A DNA stretch of 64,000 bases from an uncultured Lachnospiraceae bacterium (GTDB taxonomy: Bacteria; Bacillota; Clostridia; Christensenellales; UBA1242): contig CAYNTF010000001.1 in the NCBI GenBank assembly GCA_964400145.1, positions 127,943-191,942 on the forward strand, read 5' to 3'. Numbering within the stretch: position 1 is the stretch's first letter; each line of letters begins with the position of its first letter. The position numbers and the translations under genes were made by a program. Below the pieces are notes generated by a model, which saw only the letters and a list, made by a program, of their open reading frames with translations, had not been told where the DNA came from and did not search any database. Shown here in pieces: positions 20,096 through 29,782 of the stretch.

Positions 20096-21940
20096 TCATT
20101 CTCCTTGTTTTTGAACTTCTGCTTTATGCGCCCTTATATGTTTAAGGAACCTTTCTTCGACTTTTTTGTCAACATCGACTGCATAAATCACTTTAAGCAT
20201 GAAAGCCACATGCTGATTTAGGTGTAATTCGTGGTCATCGATTTCTTTAACTTCCACATCCTGCCCCAACTGCATTTTCACATTTTCTTGGTCAGCATTT
20301 TTGAGATGCAAATCGTTCAAGTCAACCGAAGCATCCCAAATTCCAAAGCCGATATTTTCCATAATCTTTGCTTTCATGGCGTTGGATATCTTGCCGTTCT
20401 CATCCTGCAAAATTCCCTTATCCAGCAAAGTGTAAATCATGTTTCGGCGCTGTGACAGCGTTTCATTCGATTCGTTGTCAGTATCAAACTGCACATCGTC
20501 ACTTGATATGTCGTTTGATTTGAAATAACTGACTTCAAGTTTTCCGTTTTCGCCAACAATTTTGATAAGTCTTGGAAATGTGGCGAATTGTCTGTAAATT
20601 CTCAATATATTTTTTGCGCAGTTCTTAATCGCATTTTTGATGCTGTCCGTTGTGAAAATCAATCTTGTTTCATTTTCGTCAATCAAAAATTCAAGCGCTG
20701 TTCCACTTAGAGATGAAGACACATTCTCCATACTGCCAATTTCGTTTATGCCAGAAACCGAACTAAACTCTTGCAAAAGTCTTTCTTCTTCGGTGTCAAA
20801 ATCGCTTGGAACTTGCTCTCCGCCCAAAAATGATGGTGCGGTCGAACCTTGACGATAGACCAAAATCTTGCCGGGTGCCAAACCTTCCTCTTCCAAATTC
20901 TCAATGTCGACACTGCCGTCTTCAACAGCCAAAACTCCAAGAGTCAAACGGTTGAGATATTCATGTTTTCGGTTTTTCACCGCATTATACGCCCGCTGAA
21001 TTGGGATAAGTCTGCTTATGAGCGACTCACCCCAAAAACTTCCAACTTCCTTGTTGCAAACTTGGCGCACAAACGGAAATTGTCTTTTTCCTTCCGTGCC
21101 GTTTGCGTATGGAAGTTCACCATCAAAGACAAGTTGTTCGCCAGCAATGATGATAAGCCTGCCGTTTGGATACTCTTCATCTGGTTTGATATATTTTTCC
21201 AGCACAATCGCACTGTCATGTCTTGTTGTTTCAATAAGTTTTGTGGCAAAACCGCCATATCCAAGCCCACCAAGTGAAACGGTGGCGTTTCCAAGAGAAA
21301 AAACATTGATGTCCCTTCCTTCCACATCGATGCCATATCGTTGCTTGATTTGTGAAATTGAATATGCCCTTGCGTGAATTATGCTTTGGCAGTCTTCCAA
21401 GTTTTCGTGAGTGGAACTGTCTGGATAGATTTCAAACGGAGAGCAAACACTTATTTCCACTTCGCCCAAATTGATTTTATGCCCATCATCTGCAATGCCA
21501 ACAACTTGACCGACATTTGCATTCCAAGTGATTTTATAAAAACTTGTCCCGCAAATTTCGCTCCATTTTATCGCTTGATTGATTTTTTCGCTGAAATTGA
21601 GTTTGTTAGACACCGATTCCAAAATCTTTTTGCCAAGTTTTGCTGTGTATAAATCGCTCTCTTCGTCGGTGGCTGGCAGAACATGCATCTTTGGCTTGAT
21701 TCTTGAAAGTCTTGAAAGTCGCAAATCAATGATTGGTGCAATGTGATTGAACACTTCTCTCTCCTGCCAGAAATATTGCTTGTCAACTTCGCGAACCATT
21801 CCACCAAAACCAACATCACAAAATTGATTTCCCATATAGAAATTCATATTCAACTGCCACTGGTTCTCAAAATTTTTACGCTCTCTGATTCTTCTTTCAA
21901 AATCTTCCAGCGTTTCCTTAACAATGTCGTCTTTCTTCAT
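20096..21940 (-). CDS. Phage portal protein (podovirus-size)
   Basis: 614 aa, FYMGNQ, FNHIAPII, SVCSPFEIYPD, LIPIQRAYN; upstream of scaffold and capsid. Confidence 0.8.
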   Translation of the reverse strand: MKKDDIVKETLEDFERRIRERKNFENQWQLNMNFYMGNQFCDVGFGGMVREVDKQYFWQEREVFNHIAPIIDLRLSRLSRIKPKMHVLPATDEESDLYTAKLGKKILESVSNKLNFSEKINQAIKWSEICGTSFYKITWNANVGQVVGIADDGHKINLGEVEISVCSPFEIYPDSSTHENLEDCQSIIHARAYSISQIKQRYGIDVEGRDINVFSLGNATVSLGGLGYGGFATKLIETTRHDSAIVLEKYIKPDEEYPNGRLIIIAGEQLVFDGELPYANGTEGKRQFPFVRQVCNKEVGSFWGESLISRLIPIQRAYNAVKNRKHEYLNRLTLGVLAVEDGSVDIENLEEEGLAPGKILVYRQGSTAPSFLGGEQVPSDFDTEEERLLQEFSSVSGINEIGSMENVSSSLSGTALEFLIDENETRLIFTTDSIKNAIKNCAKNILRIYRQFATFPRLIKIVGENGKLEVSYFKSNDISSDDVQFDTDNESNETLSQRRNMIYTLLDKGILQDENGKISNAMKAKIMENIGFGIWDASVDLNDLHLKNADQENVKMQLGQDVEVKEIDDHELHLNQHVAFMLKVIYAVDVDKKVEERFLKHIRAHKAEVQKQGE

Positions 21941-22149
21941 CTTTTCTCCTTCCTTTTCTTTTTGAATGGCGATTCAATCGCCTTTGGCACACATTCTTTT
22001 GAAAAACATTCGAACATACTTTTCATGCAATCTTCGCAAAACATCAAATCTCGCCTGAGAAAGCCCTTCATGCTGAAACTGTATTTCGCCATGTTTTTGC
22101 AACCATAGAAATCGCATTTCATTTCGTGCCTACATCGCTCCATTTTCAT
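21937..22149 (-). CDS. Small Cys-rich putative zinc-binding protein
   Basis: CDFYGC...FCEDC; overlaps the TerS end and the portal start (ATGA). Confidence 0.65.
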   Translation of the reverse strand: MKMERCRHEMKCDFYGCKNMAKYSFSMKGFLRRDLMFCEDCMKSMFECFSKECVPKAIESPFKKKRKEKR

Positions 22150-22414
22150 CTTTTTTCTCCTTTTCTTTTAAAAGTTTCAAAAGACGCTCTTTTTCGCGCA
22201 TAAGTTCGCCGTCAGTCATCTTGTCCAAGTCGTCGGATTTGTTGTCATCAAGAAGATATTTAAGCGCACTGACATCTGGTGGATTAAACTTTTTCGTAAT
22301 CTTGCGCTTGACAAGTTTCGGCTTGCCTTTTTCGTCTTCGACATACTCTTCCACAATTTCGTCGGTTTCAAAACCCAACGCTTTTTTCAAGAGCGCATCA
22401 TGTATCTCGTCCAT
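22130..22414 (-). CDS. Terminase small subunit-like protein lacking the N-terminal HTH
   Basis: DALLKKALGFETDE..KKFNPPDVSALKYLL..LDKMTDGEL matches the C-terminal half of common Firmicutes phage TerS; first gene of the head operon. Confidence 0.7.
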   Translation of the reverse strand: MDEIHDALLKKALGFETDEIVEEYVEDEKGKPKLVKRKITKKFNPPDVSALKYLLDDNKSDDLDKMTDGELMREKERLLKLLKEKEKKDENGAM

Positions 22415-22542
22415 ACCCCCGCCTTTTTCAACTTTGCAGGCATTTTAATGCAGAAAAAACCGCACATTCAATCTTTTATGCCAAAAATTTTTCTATTAAC
22501 AAAATTTTTTTTGAAAAATAGAATGTTATTGTAGAGGAGAAA

Positions 22543-23316
22543 ATGGAAAACTTATTATCATTCGAACATGTAAACTATTTTTATCAGACCAAAAAAGATG
22601 AAATTTTTGCTCTGAACGATATCACTTTTGATGTTGAAAAAGAGTCTTTTGTTTCTCTTGTCGGCCCAAGTGGCTGTGGAAAAACCACGATTCTTTCTCT
22701 GACTGCTGGACTTTTGACCGCTTCATCAGGAAAAATCTTGCTGGACGGAAGCGAACATATTGACACAAAAAAAATCGGATATATGTTTCAAAAAGACTAC
22801 CTTTTTGAATGGCGAACAGTTTGGAAAAACATCTTGATTGGCATTGAAATTCAAAAGCCAAAGGATAAAGCAAAAAAATTGGAGTTCGCCGAAGAACTCT
22901 TGAAAAAATACGACCTATATTCCTTCAAAGACAAAAAACCGCACGAACTTTCTGGTGGCATGCGCCAACGCGTTGCGCTGATAAGAACTTTGGCGCTTGA
23001 ACCAAAGTTGCTTCTTCTTGACGAGCCTTTTTCTGCTTTGGACTTTCAAACACGCCTTTCGGTGTGCGATGATGTTTATGAAATCATAAAGAGCGAAAAA
23101 AAGACTGCCATTCTTGTCACTCACGACATTTCGGAAGCGGTTTCAATGTCCGACAAAATTATCATACTCACCACTCGCCCCGCCACCGTGAAAGACACAA
23201 TCAATCTAAACTTGACAGGGCAAACGCCACTCAAAAGGCGGGATGACCCGCAATCTAATGTTCTTTTTGACTATATATGGAGGCAACTTGTAAATGAAAA
23301 AGAAAAAACAAATTAA
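22543..23316 (+). CDS. NitT/TauT-family ABC transporter ATPase (YtlC-like)
   Basis: GPSGCGKT, LSGGMRQR, LLLDEPFSALD, VTHD. Confidence 0.92.
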   Translation: MENLLSFEHVNYFYQTKKDEIFALNDITFDVEKESFVSLVGPSGCGKTTILSLTAGLLTASSGKILLDGSEHIDTKKIGYMFQKDYLFEWRTVWKNILIGIEIQKPKDKAKKLEFAEELLKKYDLYSFKDKKPHELSGGMRQRVALIRTLALEPKLLLLDEPFSALDFQTRLSVCDDVYEIIKSEKKTAILVTHDISEAVSMSDKIIILTTRPATVKDTINLNLTGQTPLKRRDDPQSNVLFDYIWRQLVNEKEKTN

Positions 23317-24106
23317 TTTTTCGCTTTCACATCAAAAGTATGTGAAGCGGTTGAGAAAAGACAAATTTTTAATCAATTTTTTCCGCATATTTGTTCTTGT
23401 TGCCTTTTTGGGACTGTGGGAACTGTTGACAACCTATGGCGTGATGGACCCTTTCTTTTTCAGTTCGCCGTCACGCATAGTGACGCAACTTGTCACACTC
23501 ATTAAAAATGGCTCTCTGTGGCTTCACGCATGGACAACGCTGTATGAAACCTTGATTGGTTTTGCCATTGCCACAATTTTGGGCTATGCGATTGCCGTGA
23601 TTTTGTGGTGGAACGAAAAAATTCGCAAAATTTTCGAGCCATATATTGTTGTGTTGAACTCACTCCCAAAAATCGCGTTAGGTCCGGTGATAATCTTGTG
23701 GGTCGGCGCTGGAACGAATGCCATAATTTTGATGTGCGTGCTAATCTGCATTGTCATCACCACAATGAGCATGCTCTCCGCCTTTTTGTCGGTGGAAGAA
23801 GGGAAAATTTTGCTATTACAATCGATGCACGCCAACAAATTTCAGATTTTTTTCAAACTGATTTTGCCAAATTGTATGCCAGAATTTATTTCGGTGCTTA
23901 AAATCAATGTCGGCATGAGTTGGGTTGGAAGTATCATGGGAGAATATCTCACCAGCAAAGCGGGACTTGGATATCTCATCGTCTACGGCGGGCAAATTTT
24001 CAAAATCGATTTGGTTATGGCGTCAACATTTGTGCTTTGTTTGCTGGCATTCGGAATGTATTATCTTGTCAGCCTTTTGGAAAAGCGATTTAGCAAAAAC
24101 CGCTAG
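23294..24106 (+). CDS. NitT/TauT-family ABC permease (YtlD-like)
   Basis: FFFSSPS, LNSLPKIALGP, GLGYLIVYGGQIF; about 6 TM. Confidence 0.9.
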   Translation: MKKKKQINFSLSHQKYVKRLRKDKFLINFFRIFVLVAFLGLWELLTTYGVMDPFFFSSPSRIVTQLVTLIKNGSLWLHAWTTLYETLIGFAIATILGYAIAVILWWNEKIRKIFEPYIVVLNSLPKIALGPVIILWVGAGTNAIILMCVLICIVITTMSMLSAFLSVEEGKILLLQSMHANKFQIFFKLILPNCMPEFISVLKINVGMSWVGSIMGEYLTSKAGLGYLIVYGGQIFKIDLVMASTFVLCLLAFGMYYLVSLLEKRFSKNR

Positions 24107-24215
24107 ATTTGTCAAATTATCGGTGTAGAAAAATCGCACTATATCAAAGTGATATAACAAAACTGAGAGATTGTGAAAGATGATCAAATCACCAGATTAT
24201 GTAAGTATAGCAATT

Positions 24216-24250
24216 AAAAAAGACCACGAAAACATCCGTGGTCTTTTGTT
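24216..24250. terminator. Bidirectional terminator
   Basis: AAAAAAGACCACG-loop-CGTGGTCTTTT between convergent genes. Confidence 0.8.
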
Positions 24251-24313
24251 TAAAGTATAGTTTAATTCATCGAATTTAAAATTTTATGCGTTTTTAAATT
24301 TTATGCCATTTGA

Positions 24314-24859
24314 TTATTTCTTAAATTTTGCATAAGAAGTTGTCCCAACAGCACCAAGCCCACAAATTAATGTGAGAATTGTCAATGCCCAACCTGCCGA
24401 AGATGTTGCAGTTGCACCATATGATTCAAGAATATAGTTCAACAAGTCAACACCGTCTTGCACATCGTTTGCAACGAGAACCAAATTTCCAACAAGGTTC
24501 AAAATGCAAGAAAGGGCAAACACGACAATCACTGCAAAGACAGCCCAATCAAGCACTTTAACAACTTTTTCGTTTTTGATAACTTCAAAGTCAGCCAAAA
24601 GTGCAACAACAGCCATAACGAATGCAAGTCCTGCAACAATCAAAGTGATAAGAGCCATAAATGTTGCAAAAGCGCATGTTGATGTGCTGTCGGTTGATTG
24701 CAATGCCTCTTTAAGAAAGGTGTATCCGTTGTATGAACTGCCATACTCTGCAAACGCTTCTGGTGTCACAGTGATTGAATACCATGGCAATGCAAAGAAA
24801 GCAAAGACAAGTGCACTGCAAAGAGCCGTGATTCCGTGTAGGATTGTTTTAACCTTCAT
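24314..24859 (-). CDS. Hypothetical 4-TM membrane protein
   Basis: Four hydrophobic segments; AAGGAGG RBS. Confidence 0.75.
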   Translation of the reverse strand: MKVKTILHGITALCSALVFAFFALPWYSITVTPEAFAEYGSSYNGYTFLKEALQSTDSTSTCAFATFMALITLIVAGLAFVMAVVALLADFEVIKNEKVVKVLDWAVFAVIVVFALSCILNLVGNLVLVANDVQDGVDLLNYILESYGATATSSAGWALTILTLICGLGAVGTTSYAKFKK

Positions 24860-25045
24860 ATATTCCTCCTTTTGTTAAATTTGACTTTCAAAAAGTCAAA
24901 TCCAGTATAAAAGAATGACAATATGCATGTCAAGAAAAATAACAAAAAAACTTAAAATTTTTTAACTATTTTCTGTTTTGCAAATAAATCTTTTAATTTT
25001 GCGAATAAATCAAGATAACAAAGAACATTTTCCGTTCATCCACCT

Positions 25046-26023
25046 TCACCCGGTTTTCAAAAATGAAGAAAACACAACAAGATAAATCAGAACACATATC
25101 CCCAAAACGCTACAAATTGGATAGAGAAAAGATATGATTTGCGAAAAGCCGAGCATACTGATTGCCAAAGGCAAAAAAACGGACAAAGTTGTTGAAATCA
25201 ACTTGCTTGGAACAACCTTATCAAACGATGTTTTGAGAGTGTAACACATGGAAATCAGCGTGGTGAAACACCCCACCAAAATCACAATAAACGCCAATGC
25301 AAAGACGGCTGTGTTTTCTCTTGCAATAAAAAGAAACGGCATTTCGGCAAAATAACTTCCGCCATTTTTCTGTAAGACAAAATTGCCCAAAATCAAGAAA
25401 CCAGAAAGAAGTAATGTTGCAAAAAAACTCGCCCAAAACATTTGTTTTTTGCTCAAACCTTCGCCCGACCTTGCAATAACAAGCCCGCTTAAAGAAGTGT
25501 TCAGAGCAACATAGAGCGGACTATAAAAAATCCCAGCCCAAGCGTTCGCCCCAAGAAGATATTGTTCATTTTCAACAGACAAAGAAAAGATTAAAACCAC
25601 CAAAAAGAAAAGTGAAGCCACCGGCATGAGAATGAGATTGATTTTTTCCAAACCACTTATTCCCCGCACCGTGACAAACAAACAGAAAAGCAGAATAAGA
25701 AACATAAAAAGCACATTCAGCCAAAGTGGGAAATAGGCAAGCAAATTGCTTATGCCCGCAAACATAGACGAACAAAAAACCAAGCAAATGACAAGCACGC
25801 AAATGTTCAAAATCTTAGATTTTTCCAGCACACTAACGATTTTTTGCCCGCGTCTCAGAAAAAAATAAAAGACGAAAAAAAACAAAATTCCAGCCATGAC
25901 GATATAAAGATACGACATCGCCCCAAAGCGACTGAAATAGACCATAATTTCCTTTCCGCTTGAAAATCCCGAGCCCACCACCGTTCCGAAGATAAGGAAA
26001 ACCACCAAGAAAATTTTGAGCAT
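25046..26023 (-). CDS. YkvI-like sporulation-associated membrane protein
   Basis: GTVVGSGFSSGKEI..YF N-terminal motif, about 10 TM, FSQIISFLYP. Confidence 0.75.
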   Translation of the reverse strand: MLKIFLVVFLIFGTVVGSGFSSGKEIMVYFSRFGAMSYLYIVMAGILFFFVFYFFLRRGQKIVSVLEKSKILNICVLVICLVFCSSMFAGISNLLAYFPLWLNVLFMFLILLFCLFVTVRGISGLEKINLILMPVASLFFLVVLIFSLSVENEQYLLGANAWAGIFYSPLYVALNTSLSGLVIARSGEGLSKKQMFWASFFATLLLSGFLILGNFVLQKNGGSYFAEMPFLFIARENTAVFALAFIVILVGCFTTLISMCYTLKTSFDKVVPSKLISTTLSVFLPLAISMLGFSQIISFLYPICSVLGICVLIYLVVFSSFLKTG

Positions 26024-26150
26024 AATAATATATATTAAACTCAAAAAAAATCATGCAAACGCACAAAAAATTCTGAAAAAGGGCAGAAAAACAAACCTTA
26101 TGCAAAAAATTTCAACCAAATTGTTTGAAACAACCTGCAACAAGTGGCAC

Positions 26151-26179
26151 GCATGAAGACAAAAAAGTCGCGCAAACTA
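26151..26179 (+). promoter_or_regulatory. SigG/SigF-like promoter directly before an RBS-less ATG
   Basis: GCATG-N17-CAAACTA, then 5 nt to ATG at 26185. Confidence 0.55.
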
Positions 26180-26184
26180 GTTTC

Positions 26185-26787
26185 ATGGGAAAAACATTTT
26201 ATATCATATCTTTTTTGATTATGGCTGGCATATTTTCGACAATCATGCCCTACCCCGTCATCTCGAATCACACAAATATAACCGAAAGCGACGCCTACAA
26301 CATCAACAATTATTACGAAACGGAAATATCTTCTCAGACCGCACAGTCCAGCCAACTTTTGACGCTCGACTTTGATGTCGTCGACTGTCTTTTGCCGAAC
26401 GGAACGGAATTTGAGATATACGATTTTGACAACGAAATGTCGTTCACTGTGCAACGAACGGGCGGGAAAAATCATATTGACATTGAACCGATTGACGAAG
26501 AAAACAGCCAAATTTTCAGTGAAATTTGTGATTACGCTTTCTCATGGCAACGCCGACCAGTGCTTGTTAAGATAAACGAAAACGCCTATCTCCCTGCAAG
26601 CATTTGTCAATATCCGCACGGATATGTTTCGATTGAAAATGGCTTAAATGGGCACTTGTGCCTACACTTTCTCTCGTCGAAAACTGATGGCACAAATGAA
26701 GAGGATTTTCAACACCAACGATGTGTCAAATATGCAATATCCCACGGCAAAAAACTCATCGAAAAACTGAGCGATTTGGATGAATGA
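26185..26787 (+). CDS. Exported conserved clostridial protein (domain often fused to LysM/peptidoglycan-binding modules)
   Basis: N-terminal hydrophobic segment; RTGGKNHIDIEP, SWQRRP, PHG, GHLCLHF, HQ motifs. Confidence 0.65.
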   Translation: MGKTFYIISFLIMAGIFSTIMPYPVISNHTNITESDAYNINNYYETEISSQTAQSSQLLTLDFDVVDCLLPNGTEFEIYDFDNEMSFTVQRTGGKNHIDIEPIDEENSQIFSEICDYAFSWQRRPVLVKINENAYLPASICQYPHGYVSIENGLNGHLCLHFLSSKTDGTNEEDFQHQRCVKYAISHGKKLIEKLSDLDE

Positions 26788-26962
26788 AGTGTCTACTTAA
26801 TCTTGAATCTTCGCAAAAGGATAACTTTTTATACCAACCTTTAAATTTAGCAAAAAATTGTGAACAAAAATTTTGTTCACAATTTGCAATCAAATCACAT
26901 TCAATTTTGTCCACATTTTGTCCACATTTTGTCCGTAAACATTTGTCGCTTTCTGTCAGTGA

Positions 26963-29308
26963 TTAATAATACATATTTTTGTAGGCTTTCTTGTCAAATT
27001 TAATCTTTGTTCCACCGCCAAAGCCACCGCCACCACGCTTCACAAGAAAGATGATGAGAATGATAAGTCCAGCAAGCACAAGCGCTCCGCAAATGCTTCC
27101 AACAACAATCCAAATGATTGTGTTTGTGTCGCTGGTTTGCTCCGTTGCATTGATTGTGATTGAAAAGTTGCTTCCATAATTAGTCAAATTCAAAGCGGTC
27201 ATATCCAGCAAAAATTGATAAACTTTTTCGCCATCATCTCCCTGCCACTCCGTTTGATAAGAACAGAAAGTGAGATTTGGGTCTTGAACTTTAAAGGTGT
27301 CAAGCATCGCGATGAAATCGTCAACATTGAAATCATATCCGCTTGCAATATAGATTTGAATAATCAAGGTTGTATCGTTTTTAGAGGCGTCAAAATATCC
27401 ACCATTTTCAGTGACTTCAGTGCTGTTGCTGAAAACAACCTTAACAACCCCATCACTTGTTATGTTACAAATGATTCGGCAAGCATCGGCGTTATATCTT
27501 GCATATATTTCCAAATCACCAACATAGTCCCCACTTCCAAAAGTGAAGTTGAGCGTTGTGGACTCACTTATCTTTTCATCGCCTATATACCATCCTCCAA
27601 ACACGCAAGGAACGCTTGATTGAGCCCGTGTGCCGATGCTATATTCAGAGCCATAACTAACTTTGCTGATACTCAAAGTTTCAAGTGTTGTGGCGTTTGA
27701 AAGGTTGGCATAATAAACATAACCTGGAATTGTTTCAGTTTCATTGCCATCCTCATCAAAAAGTTTGGTTGTTATGGTTATTGAATATTCAACCTGAGAA
27801 TAGTTGACGCTGTAAGTTCCCGCCGTTGCACTGTTTACGGCAGAAATGGTGATATCAAACCCAGATGTTCCATCAGTTGAAGTGGCACTCTCAATGGTGT
27901 AATAATCATTTTCAGACAAAGAGTAACTTATTTCATCATTTGAAGTGTCAGTATAAATCGTCGCAACTTCCGTTCCGCCAAGTGTCAGTGCAGTTGGAAG
28001 ATAGAACTGACTCATTGACAAACCATCACTAGTGTTTTTGAACCTAAATTGCAAAACAACGGTTGAGTCATAGCCATAATCACCGCTCGTGGTTGAATCT
28101 GAAATTGTGGCAGTGAAAACCGATGAAGAATTGAGCACACTTGAAATGGAAACAGTATAAGTTCGGAAGCATTGAAGATAAATTCGTGTGGCAACATACC
28201 AGACCGTATCAAAATCCCATTCGCCAAGAAATGGGTCCCAAGTTTGTTGCGAAAAATATGTATATCCGCCTTCTGTGCTGTCCACCACCAAAGAAGAGAG
28301 TGAATATACACTTGCGGTCACATAATCATAACTGCCTGACGAGCCATATGAATAAGCGCCCCTATCACCAAATCTGTCATATCCATTGCTTTTATAATGA
28401 ATGTAGGAAATATCACCAGAAATCGGTGGCACGGATGTGGACAATGCTCCAACAATTTCGCCAAGATTTATATCCGAAGTGGAAGAATTTTGAGCGTTAA
28501 ATGAGTTTTCAACTGCAATGTTAGTTAAACTTCCGCCTGTCATAAAACCAACAACTCCACCCACGCTGACACTTCCAACAAAAGCGTTTGAAAGGGATAT
28601 GTTCAAAGTGGATTCAATGACAGTGAAAACAACAGAAGTGTTGTCCAATCTTCCAACCAAAGCGCCGTATGTGTAGATGTGGTTATCCGAATTTGAAAGC
28701 GTCAAACTGCTCGTGGTTCTGACAATACAATTTGAGATGTTACAGTTTTCTGCCTGACCAATCATTCCGCCAAAATTCGTCGTAACAGAAAAATCTCCTG
28801 TCACATTGAACGCAGAATTTATGAAGATATTTTTGAAGGTGGAGTCCGTTGCCATTCCGCAAAGTGCACCAATGTTGTATGAAGATGTGCCACTTGCCGT
28901 GATGATTGTGACATTAGTTAAAGTCAAATTCTGAATTGTTGCGCCACTCAGCACACCAAAAAATCCAACATAGCCGGTTGATGTTTCAGATTCGGATAAA
29001 TCTATGGTGAGATTTGAAATGGTGTGTCCGTTGCCATTAAAAACCCCTGTGAACGGATTATCATAAGTGCCAAGTGTGCTTGTTATGGTGATGTTTGACA
29101 AATCGCTCGTCAAATTTATCGTCCCATAATTGTTATAGTCAGACAAAGCTTCGGTCAAACTGTTGGAATCGGAGATGTCAAAACTCGCGTCACTCAATGC
29201 AATGGTTGAATTGTCAGCAGAAACAGATTGTGACAACGAAACACCGCCCAGAAGTGTCCCCAAGCAAAAGACGAAAGAAATCAAAAATAGAATTGAAAAT
29301 TTCTTCAT
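26963..29308 (-). CDS. Large membrane-anchored surface protein with GLUG-like repeats
   Basis: Signal peptide, FTGVFNGNGHTISNL, VGFFG, repeated xGGxxG; C-terminal TM plus basic tail; promoter TTGGAA-N17-TAAAAT. Confidence 0.8.
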   Translation of the reverse strand: MKKFSILFLISFVFCLGTLLGGVSLSQSVSADNSTIALSDASFDISDSNSLTEALSDYNNYGTINLTSDLSNITITSTLGTYDNPFTGVFNGNGHTISNLTIDLSESETSTGYVGFFGVLSGATIQNLTLTNVTIITASGTSSYNIGALCGMATDSTFKNIFINSAFNVTGDFSVTTNFGGMIGQAENCNISNCIVRTTSSLTLSNSDNHIYTYGALVGRLDNTSVVFTVIESTLNISLSNAFVGSVSVGGVVGFMTGGSLTNIAVENSFNAQNSSTSDINLGEIVGALSTSVPPISGDISYIHYKSNGYDRFGDRGAYSYGSSGSYDYVTASVYSLSSLVVDSTEGGYTYFSQQTWDPFLGEWDFDTVWYVATRIYLQCFRTYTVSISSVLNSSSVFTATISDSTTSGDYGYDSTVVLQFRFKNTSDGLSMSQFYLPTALTLGGTEVATIYTDTSNDEISYSLSENDYYTIESATSTDGTSGFDITISAVNSATAGTYSVNYSQVEYSITITTKLFDEDGNETETIPGYVYYANLSNATTLETLSISKVSYGSEYSIGTRAQSSVPCVFGGWYIGDEKISESTTLNFTFGSGDYVGDLEIYARYNADACRIICNITSDGVVKVVFSNSTEVTENGGYFDASKNDTTLIIQIYIASGYDFNVDDFIAMLDTFKVQDPNLTFCSYQTEWQGDDGEKVYQFLLDMTALNLTNYGSNFSITINATEQTSDTNTIIWIVVGSICGALVLAGLIILIIFLVKRGGGGFGGGTKIKFDKKAYKNMYY

Positions 29309-29323
29309 AATCTCCCCTTGCAT

Positions 29324-29782
29324 CTATTTTACCAAATCAAAATTATTTTTCCAAATATATTGACAAATATTTATGAAATAATTTTCAAATAACTTTTTTA
29401 AAAAGTAACATTCAGAGAAAATTTATGCAATATTAAGAGCAAAATAAAAATAAAACAAGCAAAATAACACACTTTTTGATATAAAAATGACATAAAATTT
29501 AAAAAAACATAAAAAATTCTAAAAAAAACCGAAAAATATCATAAAAAAAGTAAAAAAATCATGAAAACACGAAAAAAAATCATGAAAAAACAAAAAAAAT
29601 AATAAATAATTAACAAAAAATACAAAAAGTGATTTTTCTATCAATTAATAAAAATATTAAAAAAAACACAAAAAAAACGAAAAAACACAAAAAGAATCAA
29701 TATTTTTTTAAAAAAACGCAATTTTTTTATTAAAATTTGCTCTAAAATTTATAGCAAAATTCGTTAAAAAAAATTTAGAATT
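29324..29782. other. Extremely A-rich intergenic region with repeated A-tracts
   Basis: Dozens of A4-A8 runs at roughly 10-bp spacing; AAAAAAATCATGAAAA occurs twice. Confidence 0.7.
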
